This document shows positions 10,601 to 21,694 of a stretch of 64,000 nucleotides of DNA, piece by piece; the first letter of the stretch is position 1, and the number at the start of each line of letters is the position of its first letter. Source of the stretch: Balanoglossus misakiensis (taxonomy: Eukaryota > Animalia > Hemichordata); the NCBI GenBank assembly GCA_040954595.2, contig CM082585.2, forward strand, positions 1,240,318-1,304,317, in the 5' to 3' direction. The translations under genes and the position numbers were made by a program. The notes under the pieces are model-generated. The model did not search any database. It was given only the letters and a program-made list of their open reading frames with translations, and was not told the origin of the DNA.

Positions 10601-13591
10601 AAAAAATGACAAATTTTCGACTTTGCAAATGCTCAACATTTCGTCGATTTTTGAAAAAAATCATGGGTGAAAATCATCAAAAAATGACAAATTTTCGACT
10701 TTGCAAAATCTCAACATTTCGTCGATTTTTGAAAAAAATCATGGGTGAAAATCATCAAAAAATGACAAATTTTCGACTTTGCAAAATCTCAAAATTTCGT
10801 CAATTTATGAAAAAATCATGGGTGAAAATCATCAAAAAATGACAAATTTTCGTCTTTGCAAAATCTCAAAATTTCGTCGATTTTTGAAAAAAATCATAGG
10901 TGAAAATAATAAAAAAATGACAAATTTTCGACTTTGCAAAAGCTCAACATTTCGTCGATTTTTGAAAAAAATCATGGGTGAAAATCATCAAAAAATGACA
11001 AATTTTCGACTTTGCAAATGCTCAAAATTTCGTCCATTTTTGAAAAAAAATCATGGGTAAAAATCATCAAAAATGACAAATTTTCGACTGCAAAATCTCA
11101 ACATTTCGTCGATTTTTGAAAAAAATCATAGGTGAAAATCATCAAAAAATGACAAATTTTCGACTTTGCAAAATCTCAACATTTCGTCGATTTTTGAAAA
11201 AAATCATGGGTGAAAATCATCAAAAAATGACAAATTTTCGACTTTGCAAAATCTCAACATTTCGTCGATTTTTGAAAAAAATCATGGGTGAAAATCATCA
11301 AAAAATGACAAATTTTCGACTTTGCAAAATCTCAAAATTTCGTCAATTTATGAAAAAATCATGGGTGAAAATCATCAAAAAATGACAAATTTTCGTCTTT
11401 GCAAAATCTCAAAATTTCGTCGGTTTTTGAAAAATAATATGGGTGAAAATCATCAAAAAATGACAAATTTTTGACTGCAAAATCTCAAAATTTCGTCGAT
11501 TTTTGAAAAAAATCATGGGTGAAAATCATCAAAAAATGACAAATTTTCGACTTTGCAAAAACTCAACATTTCGTCGATTTTTGAAACAAATCATGGGTGA
11601 AAATCATCAAAAAATGACAAATTTTCGACTTTGCAAATGCTCAAAATTTCGTCCATTTTTGAAAAAAAATCATGGGTAAAAATCATCAAAAATGACAAAT
11701 TTTCGACTGCAAAATCTCAACATTTCGTCGATTTTTGAAAAAAATCATGGGTGAAAATCATCAAAAAATGACAAATTTTCGACTTTGCAAATGCTCAAAA
11801 TTTCGTCCATTTTTGAAAAAAAATCATGGGTAAAAATCATCAAAAATGACAAATTTTCGACTGCAAAATCTCAACATTTCGTCGATTTTTGAAAAAAATC
11901 ATGGGTGAAAATCATCAAAAAATGACAAATTTTCGACTTTGCAAAATCTCAACATTTCGTCGATTTTTGAAAAAAATCATGGGTGAAAATCATCAAAAAA
12001 TGACAAATTTTCGACTTTGCAAAATCTCAACATTTCGTCGATTTTTGAAAAAAATCATGGGTGAAAATCATCAAAAAATGACAAATTTTCGACTTTGCAA
12101 AATCTCAACATTTCGTCGATTTATGAAAAAATCATGGGTGAAAATCATCAAAAAATGAATCTCAAAATTTCGTCGATTTTTGAAAAAAATCATAGGTGAA
12201 AATAATAAAAAAAATGACAAATTTTCGTCTTTGCAAAATCTCAAAATTTCGTCGATTTTTGAAAAAAATCATGGGTGAAAATCATCAAAAAATGACAAAT
12301 TTTCGACTTTGCAAAATCTCAACATTTCGTCGATTTTTGAAAAAAATCATGGGTGAAAATCATCAAAAAATGACAAATTTTCGACTTTGCAAAATCTCAA
12401 AATTTCGTCGATTTTTGAAAAAAAACATGGCGAAAAAATCATTAAAAATGACAAATTTTCGACTGCACAATCTCAACATTTCGTCGATTTTTGAAAAAAA
12501 TCATGGGTGAAAATCATCAAAAAATGACAAATTTTCGACTTTGCAAAATCTCAACATTTCGTCGATTTTGGAAAAAAATCATAGGTGAAAATCATCAAAA
12601 AATGACAAATTTTCGACTTTGCAAATGCTCAACATTTCGTCGATTTTTGAAAAAAATCATGGGTGAAAATCATCAAAAAATGACAAATTTTCGACTTTGC
12701 AAAATCTCAACATTTCGTCGATTTTTGAAAAAAATCATGGGTGAAAATCATCAAAAAATGACAAATTTTCGACTTTGCAAAATCTCAAAATTTCGTCAAT
12801 TTATGAAAAAATCATGGGTGAAAATCATCAAAAAATGACAAATTTTCGTCTTTGCAAAATCTCAAAATTTCGTCGATTTTTGAAAAAAATCATAGGTGAA
12901 AATAATAAAAAAATGACAAATTTTCGACTTTGCAAAAGCTCAACATTTCGTCGATTTTTGAAAAAAATCATGGGTGAAAATCATCAAAAAATGACAAATT
13001 TTCGACTTTGCAAATGCTCAAAATTTCGTCCATTTTTGAAAAAAAATCATGGGTGAAAATCATCAAAAATGACAAATTTTCGACTGCAAAATCTCAACAT
13101 TTCGTCGATTTTTGAAAAAAATCATAGGTGAAAATCATCAAAAAATGACAAATTTTCGACTTTGCAAAATCTCAACATTTCGTCGATTTTTGAAAAAAAT
13201 CATGGGTGAAAATCATCAAAAAATGACAAATTTTCGACTTTGCAAAATCTCAACATTTCGTCGATTTTTGAAAAAAATCATGGGTGAAAATCATCAAAAA
13301 ATGACAAATTTTCGACTTTGCAAAATCTCAAAATTTCGTCAATTTATGAAAAAATCATGGGTGAAAATCATCAAAAAATGACAAATTTTCGTCTTTGCAA
13401 AATCTCAAAATTTCGTCGGTTTTTGAAAAATAATATGGGTGAAAATCATCAAAAAATGACAAATTTTTGACTGCAAAATCTCAAAATTTCGTCGATTTTT
13501 GAAAAAAAACATGGGGGAAAATCATCAAAAAATGACAAATTTTCGACTTTGCAAAATCTCAAAATTTCATCGATTTTTGAAAAAAATCATG
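4671..13591. repeat. 78-bp satellite array (~114 monomers) with higher-order duplications
   Basis: Consensus is AAAAAAATCATGGGTGAAAATCATCAAAAAATGACAAATTTTCGACTTTGCAAAATCTCAAAATTTCGTCGATTTTTG (78 bp). Variants include 76-bp (GACTGCAAAA) monomers and ~105-bp monomers with an internal partial duplication. Block periods of 1257-1258 bp and 1996 bp are visible. Confidence 0.98.
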
Positions 13592-13852
13592 GCAGGTGTC
13601 AAAGGTATCCCCCTGTATTTGGTATTTCATGATAGTTTCATCCCTCCAAATACCAAAGCTGCACCTGTACAACGGGATGAGATATGGCACTGTATGACAG
13701 AGGTCATCAAAATCACCTTATACATTTGGGCAAAAACCAACTGACACTTACATTCGTCCCTGTGGAACAAAAACCACACCTATCGCCCTGTTGGTTAGTG
13801 TCCAATTAAATGTACAAAATCAATGACTTAGGCAGGTGCAACAGGTGACCCC
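13592..13852. repeat. Single diverged ~240-bp homologue of the 239-bp tandem unit, directly abutting the right end of the 78-bp array
   Basis: Colinear shared motifs include GCAGGTGTC, CCCTCCAAA, GAGATATGG, AGGTCA, ATTTGGGCAA, AACAAAAACC.CACCTAT.GCC.T.TTGGTTAG and GCAGGTG..ACAGGTGACCCC. GCAGGTG occurs at 13592 and 13832, 240 bp apart. Confidence 0.8.
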
Positions 13853-14019
13853 GCCTTTGGTATATCATTATGGTCCCATCCGTATATGCCCCCCTGTGAC
13901 CGCCAAAGCTTTTCCGTAATATTCAAAAGTCAGAGTCGAGTTTCCATATACGGGTCTTCGGTTTATTATCGATAAATCGATCGAGCGATCGCCGAAAGCG
14001 ACCGTACGAGACTGTACAC

Positions 14020-14232
14020 AATAGTCGAAAGACTTCGAAAGACGAGATGTGCGCAGACCTCGATGCGAATAGGCCAAATAGACCTCGAGAATGACCGAGA
14101 CTGATTCGAATAGACCGAATAAACCGTGGTACGAAAAGACCGAGTAAACCGAATAGTCTTAGACCGTAATAGACCTTGTCTCGAATAGACCAAGACCGAA
14201 TGGTATAGACCGAGTAAACCGTAAACCGTAAA
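14020..14232. repeat. Degenerate CpG-rich short-period repeat (AGACCGA / TAAACCG motifs)
   Basis: Many copies of (T/A)AGACCGA(A/G)T, GACCGAGTAAACCG and TAAACCGT within ~210 bp. Confidence 0.6.
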
Positions 14233-14967
14233 AACTGAAACATAAATACAAATACAAAATGTCAAATCGAAAGAATTACATATACGAAAATCGAGAATGA
14301 TTTCAATCGAAAACAGATATGTGCCATCAGTGACAGTGTGCATTCAACGTCTTATAACTAAGCATGAATATACGGTGCTGGCATAATGTGAGTGTGGCCA
14401 TACGATGCTTTCGCTATTAATGAACAACTTGTAAGTTAACAAATGCCAGTTTTGTTGGCAAAAAGTATGTTTTTGGCTTTTCACAACATTGAACATACAT
14501 TCATAGTTCAATAACTTGTGAGTTGTGGACCTAAACGTTCATACGTTCAATGTTCTGGTGTTTTTTTAACGGAGCGATCGGTCACGATGTTACCAACGAG
14601 CATGTACAGTCTAAACTAAATCCTCGTTGTGTATGTTTCTTTGTTTGTTTTTTGTTGTTTTTTACATGCTATTACATACAAATATGAAAAGTTTCATTTC
14701 AGTTATTCATTAAAATGCAAACATTTGCCAAAAAACATGTGAATAGACACCTCACAGGCCATAGTCGTATCATTAGCTTTCAATTGTCAATTTTAGCATG
14801 ACATCGTGAGTAATTGAGCTAATTTTGCATATTTTCCATGCTGCACCTTGTCTGACAAGGTAATCGATTGCATATTTGAATTCCTTGACCCTGAAAACAT
14901 TGCAATAGACACCTCATTAACACTGTTGGCTCTCTTTTGTAGACCATTGATTTTAGATGGGCGTGTC

Positions 14968-15674
14968 ACCTAATTAACATAAATTAGCATTTTTACCAAT
15001 TCACCAAACGTTTCTAAATTTAAAAAAATGCTTAAAATATTTAAATGAATATAAGAATATGATTTCAATAGACTATTATGGTGTTGACCTGTGATATTGC
15101 ACCATAATGGCTACAAACAGCGTTTTCTTTTAGGTATTTTGAAATTATGACGTCACAAATTAATTTGCCATTTTCGACATGAAAACGTGAAAAGAATTTT
15201 TGGGAACAGGCAAATTCGAAATCAGCGTATTCGAAATATCCAAAAACATCTTGTTCCCAGCTTGTACCAAAAAAATGAATGACATGCTTTTAAAATGCTC
15301 ATTTTCTGAAATTTCCACCTGGACCTAATTAACATAAATTAGCATTTTACCAATTCACAAAATGTTTCTAAATTAAAAAAATTGTTTAAAAATATTTAAA
15401 TGAATATAAGAATATGATTTCAATAGACTATTATGGTGTTGACCTGTGATATTGCGCCATAATGGCTACAAACAGCCTTTTCTTTTAGGTATTTTGAAAT
15501 TATGACGTCACAAATTAATTTGCCATTTTCGACATGAAAACGTGAAAAGAATTTTTGGGAACAGGCAACTTCGAAATCAGCGTATTCGAAATATCCAAAA
15601 ACAACTTGTTCCCAGCTTGTACCAAAAAATGCCTGACATGCTTTTAAAATGCTCATTTTCTGAAATTTCCACCT
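14968..15674. repeat. Tandem duplication, 2 x ~355 bp
   Basis: ACCTAATTAACATAAATTAGCATTTT starts at 14968 and 15323; GATTTCAATAGACTATT occurs at 15061 and 15416. Both copies end in GAAATTTCCACCT. Confidence 0.92.
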
Positions 15675-15679
15675 GACTA

Positions 15680-15822
15680 AACGTTCGACCACACACACCT
15701 TTCATCCCACATGCAGACACGAGAGTGAAAAACTCGCCAAAATGAATAATCGGTCTCTACCGTTTAATCATTTGGGCGAGATTTTGACTCTCATATCCTA
15801 CAAACATGTGTGGTCGAACGTT
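15680..15822. mobile_element. 143-bp near-palindromic MITE-like foldback
   Basis: The outer inverted repeat is AACGTTCGACCACACA / TGTGTGGTCGAACGTT (16 bp, perfect). The inner 34-bp arms GAGAGTGAAAAACTCGCCAAAATGAATAATCGGT / ACCGTTTAATCATTTGGGCGAGATTTTGACTCTC surround a 4-nt loop. No clear TSD. Confidence 0.65.
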
Positions 15823-16675
15823 GATTCACTATATATACACAGGGTGTGTTGAATCAAACATAATCAATGGAAAGGGGGCAGCGAGAGAGAGACTTTGTCC
15901 CTTTAAGGAAAAAATTAATTAATTAGGCCTATGTAATCATCATAAGGCAGTATGTGCCTCTGGACAGACTTGACAAAATGATAATGCTCCAAACCTTTCT
16001 ATTCTTTTGTGAGGAGAGATTTGTTATCAAATAATAATATTCACATCTTGTTATCATAGAAATCATGAAAGCACTTTTTGATTCAAAAAGTATAATTTGA
16101 TGTAGCCCTAGAATGTATCTTCTGCCAATTCTTTACTATTAAACACGTGATCTGGCCATGTAACCCACGGCGTTGTCATTTTCAGATATTTCGGCAAAAG
16201 TTTTTCGGAGTATGTTTTTACTTTATAACCGCCAAATACACAACATGTATCAGGTATGGGGCCTCATCAACCTCATTGCATTTCGTCTGCACAGTATTTG
16301 TCTGCACCACGTTGCTGAAGTTGCCCGTCATCTGGAAATTTGAATGCCAACGTAACTGCCGTCTGAGCACGTCTGACATCATTTGATATCGAAGAATCTC
16401 TTTCCCTTTTTGTGCAAAATCACATGAGTCTGAGAAGGCGAAATGTTTATTCCCCTGAATAACTGAACCCATTGCTAACACATAATACTAAATCGGTTCG
16501 ACTTAACTTTCCCTTTAAGGCGTTCAAAATAACGCACAACGTATCAAAAACATGCAAAGTAATACACATGATATACAGCACCATCTTAACTCATTTTTGA
16601 TGTTTGAAATAATTTGCACAATTTCTACCCTCCTTATTCACAGATATCAACGGGCTGCCTGCGGATTCAAGGTTG

Positions 16676-16972
16676 TTAGGTCCCATTGGTATAGGCATAT
16701 ATACCATGGGACCTTATGGGATCGGTTGCGTCTGCATGTATTTATGTATGTATGTATGTATGTATGGATGTATGTCTGTATGTCCGTCCACATCAAAAAC
16801 TTGAAAACCACTGCGTGTATCACCTTGATATTTGGTGTGCCAGATGCAGGCTGGGCTGTAGATGGGAGTTTGTTCAAATGAAATTGTCATTGCCCAAAAT
16901 ATGCAAATTAGATGGAAAATGTGAATTTGGTCATAACTCAGTAACCCAAGAACTACTGGTCAGATTGCTTTG
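16676..16972 (+). mobile_element. Truncated 5' end of the same Helentron/HINE family as 4374-4670, in the opposite orientation
   Basis: TTAGGTCCCATTGGTATAGGCATATATACCATGGGACCTTATGGGA is followed by (TATG)n, then TGTCCGTCCACATCAAAAACTTGAAAACC...AATATGCAAATTAG...CTGGTCAGATTGCTTTG, the reverse complement of 4374-4670. Confidence 0.85.
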
Positions 16973-17143
16973 CGAAGTGGTGTGTATTTACTTTATTTTG
17001 TTGTTTATATACACAGCAAATTCCTGAATGATTACATAACTGGCTAAGTTTTAAAGAGGCCAGCTGTTCTATTTAGTGTATGTACAGTACATATGCCATT
17101 GGCAGCTTATGGGTCAGTCAGTGCTCGCCCATTGATCTCTTGC

Positions 17144-17232
17144 TGTGTGTGTATGTGTGTGTATGTGTGTGTGTGTGTGTGCGTGAGTGTGTTTGTTTGT
17201 GTGTGTGTGTGTGTGTCTGTCTGTCTGTCTGT
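17144..17232. repeat. Compound (GT)n/(CTGT)n microsatellite
   Basis: Interrupted TG dinucleotide run followed by CTGT repeats. Confidence 0.95.
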
Positions 17233-17994
17233 ATATGGCCATATACTCCGGTGTAGACTTTTTCTTGTGTATTCCCTCAATGGGACCACTGTGTCCTTGA
17301 CGCGATTTTTTGTTCAACGAATGAAATGAGGAAGTGACGCAATTTCCGGTTGATAGCCAGCATTGTGTCTATTATAGTGAAAGTCAGATCTCATAAAAGG
17401 GAACTTATTAAACAAGGGTAATACATACAATGAAAATAACGCTGCATCAACAAATACCTAAAGTGAGGTCCGCATTTTACGGGAGATGTTGCCATTAAAA
17501 TTGAAATTCGAGTAATGGAGATATCATCGCTTTATATATGTCTTTTAGATTACTGTACTTCATTCAGCTATGTTTAACTGCCCAGTTGATGGCAAATACC
17601 ATTTTGGATATATATTTTTTTCTTTGTGAAATAAATATCGATGAACAAACCTTTAACATGAAAAGAATTGCCCTACCCATGGATTCGGGTTGAATTTGCC
17701 CATATAACGATATAAGGTTTCATAGAAAAGGTCCGATGGTAAACAACATGTTTGAATGAACCGCCCATACTACACGAAAAACTGTAACGTCACAATCACG
17801 TGATCTTTTGTTTACTCTAACAACAACTAACTGCGCAAGTAACGTCACATTGTATGGGTACGTACCCATAAAATGTATTATTTCATTTTTTACATACTGA
17901 ACCATGACAACTGACCAAGTCACTCACGAGTTGTTTTATTTTGGCAAGTAAAGTATTAAACAAGTTTATTGTTCAGCTCAAAAATATACATGTC

Positions 17995-18730
17995 AAGTTT
18001 GCAGCTGCCTATGGATTTGAACATGTCACATCAAGTCCAAGATACCCCAAATCTAATGGCATGGCAGAAAATGCAGTCAAAAGTGCAAATTTATCGCTTA
18101 TGAAGAAAGCCAAGCGAAATAACAAGGATCCATATTTAGCTCTGCTGGATCATAGAAACATACCACGTGACAGTCAGTTGGGATCACCTGGGCAGAGACT
18201 CATGGGTAGGAGAACCAAAAACACTCTTTCCAACCAGCGAGATTTTGCTGAAGCCCAAACAAGTTGAGAATGTAAAGCCAAGCCTAGAAACATTGAAACA
18301 AAGACAGAAATAATATCATGACCAGCATGCCAAACATCTGCCCAGTTTATCAAACGATGAGTTTGTGAGGATGAAGACACCCAAAGGATGGAAACCAGCA
18401 GTTGTACAGTCCAGAGCAAATACACCACGATCATATATTGTCGAGTCAGATGGACACATGTACCGTAGAAACCGCCGTGACCAGGAAAACAAAAGAAATG
18501 CCAGTTGTTCCAGATGTCGCTGATGACCACCTGCTTGTAAAGCATTGTCAACCACCTGCTGTTGAAGAAACTACGCCAGATGTAAAACCTCTCAAAGAGA
18601 TGACGGTAACCAATCCTAACTCGGTTTGTAGCAGTATGACGCAAGCAGATGCCACAGGCAACCAGTCAGTGAAAACCACTTCCAGAGGACGCGTTGTGAG
18701 AAGACCAGTAAGATTCCAGGACTATGTAGA
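17995..18730 (+). pseudogene. Ty3/Gypsy LTR-retrotransposon integrase C-terminal fragment (frameshifted, no LTR seen)
   Basis: KFAAAYGFEHVTSSPRYPKSNGMAENAVK...DPYLALLDHRNIP...SPGQRLMGRRTKNTL contains the integrase core end with the catalytic E in SNGMAE. After a frameshift it continues GWKPAVV...TPRSYIVESDGHMYRRNRR, and ends with the typical Gypsy Pol terminus TTSRGRVVRRPVRFQDYV. Confidence 0.9.
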
Positions 18731-18736
18731 CACTCA

Positions 18737-19670
18737 ATGTGGAAAGAACTGATTTCGGAGTTTGTTGAAAGAAATACACGAACATCGCGAACATCGCACA
18801 CATACACATGCACATACTACTTCTCCAGCGACGATGCAGACAGCAGACATGGCGACGGGAAGAAACAGGTAGAGAAACGGAACGCTCCGCGCACGAGGAC
18901 GAGGAACAGGCTTCTCCAGCCATCGACTACCGCCAGGACAAAAGGTAAAAGAATAAAAAGTGGCGCCAAGAGGAAACCAACAGACAGGGTTCTCATGTAC
19001 ATACCATGGCCACACAAATAAATCCGAGACCCCAACCCGCACAAACCAGAGGCAATTACTTATGATGAATTGACTTTACCACAGCTGGTATCGGGTGAAC
19101 TGAATCTATCTATATATCTACCTTACTGGCCAACTTCAACATATTGAAGGCTTTGCCAGTGAGTGCACCCTATAGTACAGGACATCAAAAATGTCAGTTT
19201 TCTGGTTTGGTGAAGTGTAGTGCCAAAGAAGATTTGAAGGATTCATGTGACATCATATTAGGGATGAGTTTAGATAATGCTTCCACTGTCAATCGTTTAG
19301 CAAACTTGCAAAACATTGTCACTGACGCTCAGTTATATTCTTGGGAGAGGGTCCGTAAATACCACTCAATAATTATTTTACAATACCTTGAGCAGGGGTT
19401 GTTGGTGTGGGGCGACGATTTTGACAACCTGCATACCAGATTCGTCAGAAACCCTCCCCAAATTAGTGTGGATCAACCAGTTAAGCCTAGCGCTAAGAAA
19501 AACCGTCACTCTCGCTATTGCTCTGCCTTTCAAGATCACAAATGTAGCCAAATCTCTGATCATGTAGTGGAGGGCAAATTGGAAAAGCATGTCTGCTCCG
19601 CCTGTTTGCGCTTTAGGCATTAGGAAACACGGCATGCTTCCACAGATTGCCCCTTTAACGATAAAGAATT
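18737..19670 (+). pseudogene. gag-like ORF1 of the YR retrotransposon (disrupted)
   Basis: Segments: KSGAKRKPTDRVLMYIPWPHK*, TYDELTLPQLVSGEL, DAQLYSWERVRKYHSIIILQYLEQGLLVWGD, and the C-terminal finger YCSAFQDHKC...H...HVCSACLRFRH*ETRHASTDCP. Confidence 0.7.
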
Positions 19671-20049
19671 CAGGGACGAAACACCAAAAAAACCCAGGGA
19701 ATGGCCTGCAGCACCAGGGGGAGAGGGGATTTTCCAAGATGTAGCAGAATCTGGCTCATGTAACAGTATAGCTGATCAGCCTTTTTGTTATGTAGGTTTT
19801 TCACCTGACCTTTCAAACTTTGTAAATGGTGTAGCTTTTGATGCTCACAATTTGTATTGCCACATTTCTGTACTTTTCGACTGTGCCCTCTCGCATCATG
19901 TTCTAGCAAAGGCTATATCAGGTACCAAGACCTTCCAGTACCAGGAATTTTTAGTACCCACCGTTGTTGACACTCCACTTCTTCCAGTTATTCCGGCCTG
20001 GGTCCCCCCACACACGACTGATTGGCCCCCATGTTCGCCAGTTTCACAC

Positions 20050-21680
20050 GAGTAGGTCCTACAAGCGCACAGGACAGTTTTCACTTCCGGAAAACCAAAC
20101 TTTGCCGGAGTGCGTATCCCTGTTCCCATTGCACTAAACATTCCAGCATGGCGAGCCAGACTTCCTGACAGGCACAGCGGAATTATAGTTGACTTTCTTG
20201 AATTTGGTTGGCCCATCAATTTCACTGGTAATTGCTTGCCACTTGCTAGCAGGCGCAACCATAGATCCGCCTTGCAATTTGCTCACCATGTTGATGCCTT
20301 CGTTAGCACTGAAGTTAGTCTAAAGGCCACCGCTGGACCATTCGCATCTAACCCACATACTATGCCAGTGGCTACTTCCCCGCTCTCCTCAGTCCCGAAG
20401 AAGGGGTCTCCGTATAGGCGTATTATAATGGATCTCAGTTTTCCCATCTCTAGTTCTGTCAATGCAGGTTTTTCAGCATTGACCTTCCTGCAGCAGCCTT
20501 TCCAGCTCCGCTACCCCAATATTGACACGCTGGTCGCGATTATCAGAGATTTGGGTCCCGGTTGTCTCTTGTTTAAACTAGACTTGAGTAGGGCTTACAG
20601 ACAATTGCCAGTGGATCCCCACGACTTTCACCTGTTGGGTTATACATGGCGAGATTCGCTCTTTATTGATCTCCGTTTGCCATTTGGGTTGCGCTCCGCG
20701 GCGCTTGCATGTCAGGCCACCACGAACACCGTGATTGCCATGTACCATAATCTGGGTTTTCGTGCAGTCAATTATTTTGGATGACTTTTGCGGCGCAGAC
20801 ACCCCTATACGGGCCCAGTCCGCCTTTTTAGCTTTGCGGTCTCTTCTCTCTGAATTAGGTCTACAGGAAGCCTTTGGTCAAGCTGTAACCCCCACAACTT
20901 GTCTCTCGTTTTTAGTCACAGAGGACAGGCTCACTGAGCTTTCAGAGCTTCTTGCTCATTGTTCAGGCAGGAAAAATGCCACTAGACGTCAGTTGCAGGT
21001 CCTTATCGGCAAGCTTTCATTTGTCTCTAGCTGTGTTCGTGCAGGCCGTCTTTTTATTAGCCGCATGCTTGACACGCTACGTTCTGTCCAGTCAGCGCGG
21101 CATCACATTTACTTAAACGTGCAGTTCCAGAAAGATATCAGTTGGTGGATCTCTTTTCTTAGGCAATATAACGGCGTTTCGATTATTCCGGAACTGGTCT
21201 GGTCCACACCTAACAGCGTTATTTGTACAGATGCTTGCCTTTCAGGATGTGGTGGAATCTCAGCCTCACAGTATTTCCATGCCCCATTCCCAGATTTTGT
21301 CTTGCAGCAGCAACAGCCTATCCATTGCCTTGACATGCTCACCATCGTAGTGGCGGCCAGACTTTGGGGTGACAAATGGACAGGCCTGCGCATTCTAGTC
21401 ATCAGCGACAACAGCAGCATGGTACAGGTTCTTAACACCGGCCGCGGTCGCGACCCCTTTCTCATGTCAGCCGCGCGCGAACTTTGGTTTATTGCAGCGA
21501 CACATCAGTTCGAGCTGAAAGCGCGCCTATCTTCCTGGCGCTCAGAACAGCATTGCCGATTGCTTGTCACGCTGGCATTTGGACCGCAAGTACCGCGACA
21601 CCTTTGCCTCACTCACAGGAGATAAACTTCTTGAAGAAACTCGTCCTTCAGAAGCATTGTTTTCACTAAACGTCTTATTT
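20050..21680 (+). pseudogene. Reverse transcriptase + RNase H of the YR retrotransposon (frameshifted)
   Basis: RT motifs: FLEFGWPI, SPLSSVPKK, RRIIMDLSFP, LFKLDLSRAYRQLPVDP and LPFGLRSA. The YxDD motif is broken by an extra T (AATTATTTTGGATGAC, ~20771-20786). RNase H motifs: ICTDACLSGCGG, IHCLDMLTIVVAARLWG, ISDNSS and ADCLSRW. Confidence 0.92.
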
Positions 21681-21694
21681 TAATTTATTTGCAG

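Noticed and set aside
4804-13744. Repeated ORFs such as KKIMGENHQKMTNFRLCKISKFRRFL
   Set aside because: The 78-bp monomer is a multiple of 3 and happens to be open in one frame. Frequent 1-2 bp indels in the A-tracts break the frame, so there is no sign of coding constraint.
15891-16518. Kolobok-like termini (GACTTTGTCCCTTTAA at 15891, ACTTTCCCTTTAA at ~16506)
   Set aside because: Both motifs are in the same orientation and I found no matching inverted partner, so no element can be delimited.
4374-16972. One giant TIR transposon bounded by the two inverted ~300-bp repeats
   Set aside because: The true termini (TTAGGTCCC) face inward toward the enclosed DNA rather than outward, the copies are clearly diverged, and no TSD is present. 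They are two separate insertions.
16552-17329. ORFs rich in YVCM/HT/CV
   Set aside because: These are translations of (TATG)n and (GT)n microsatellites.
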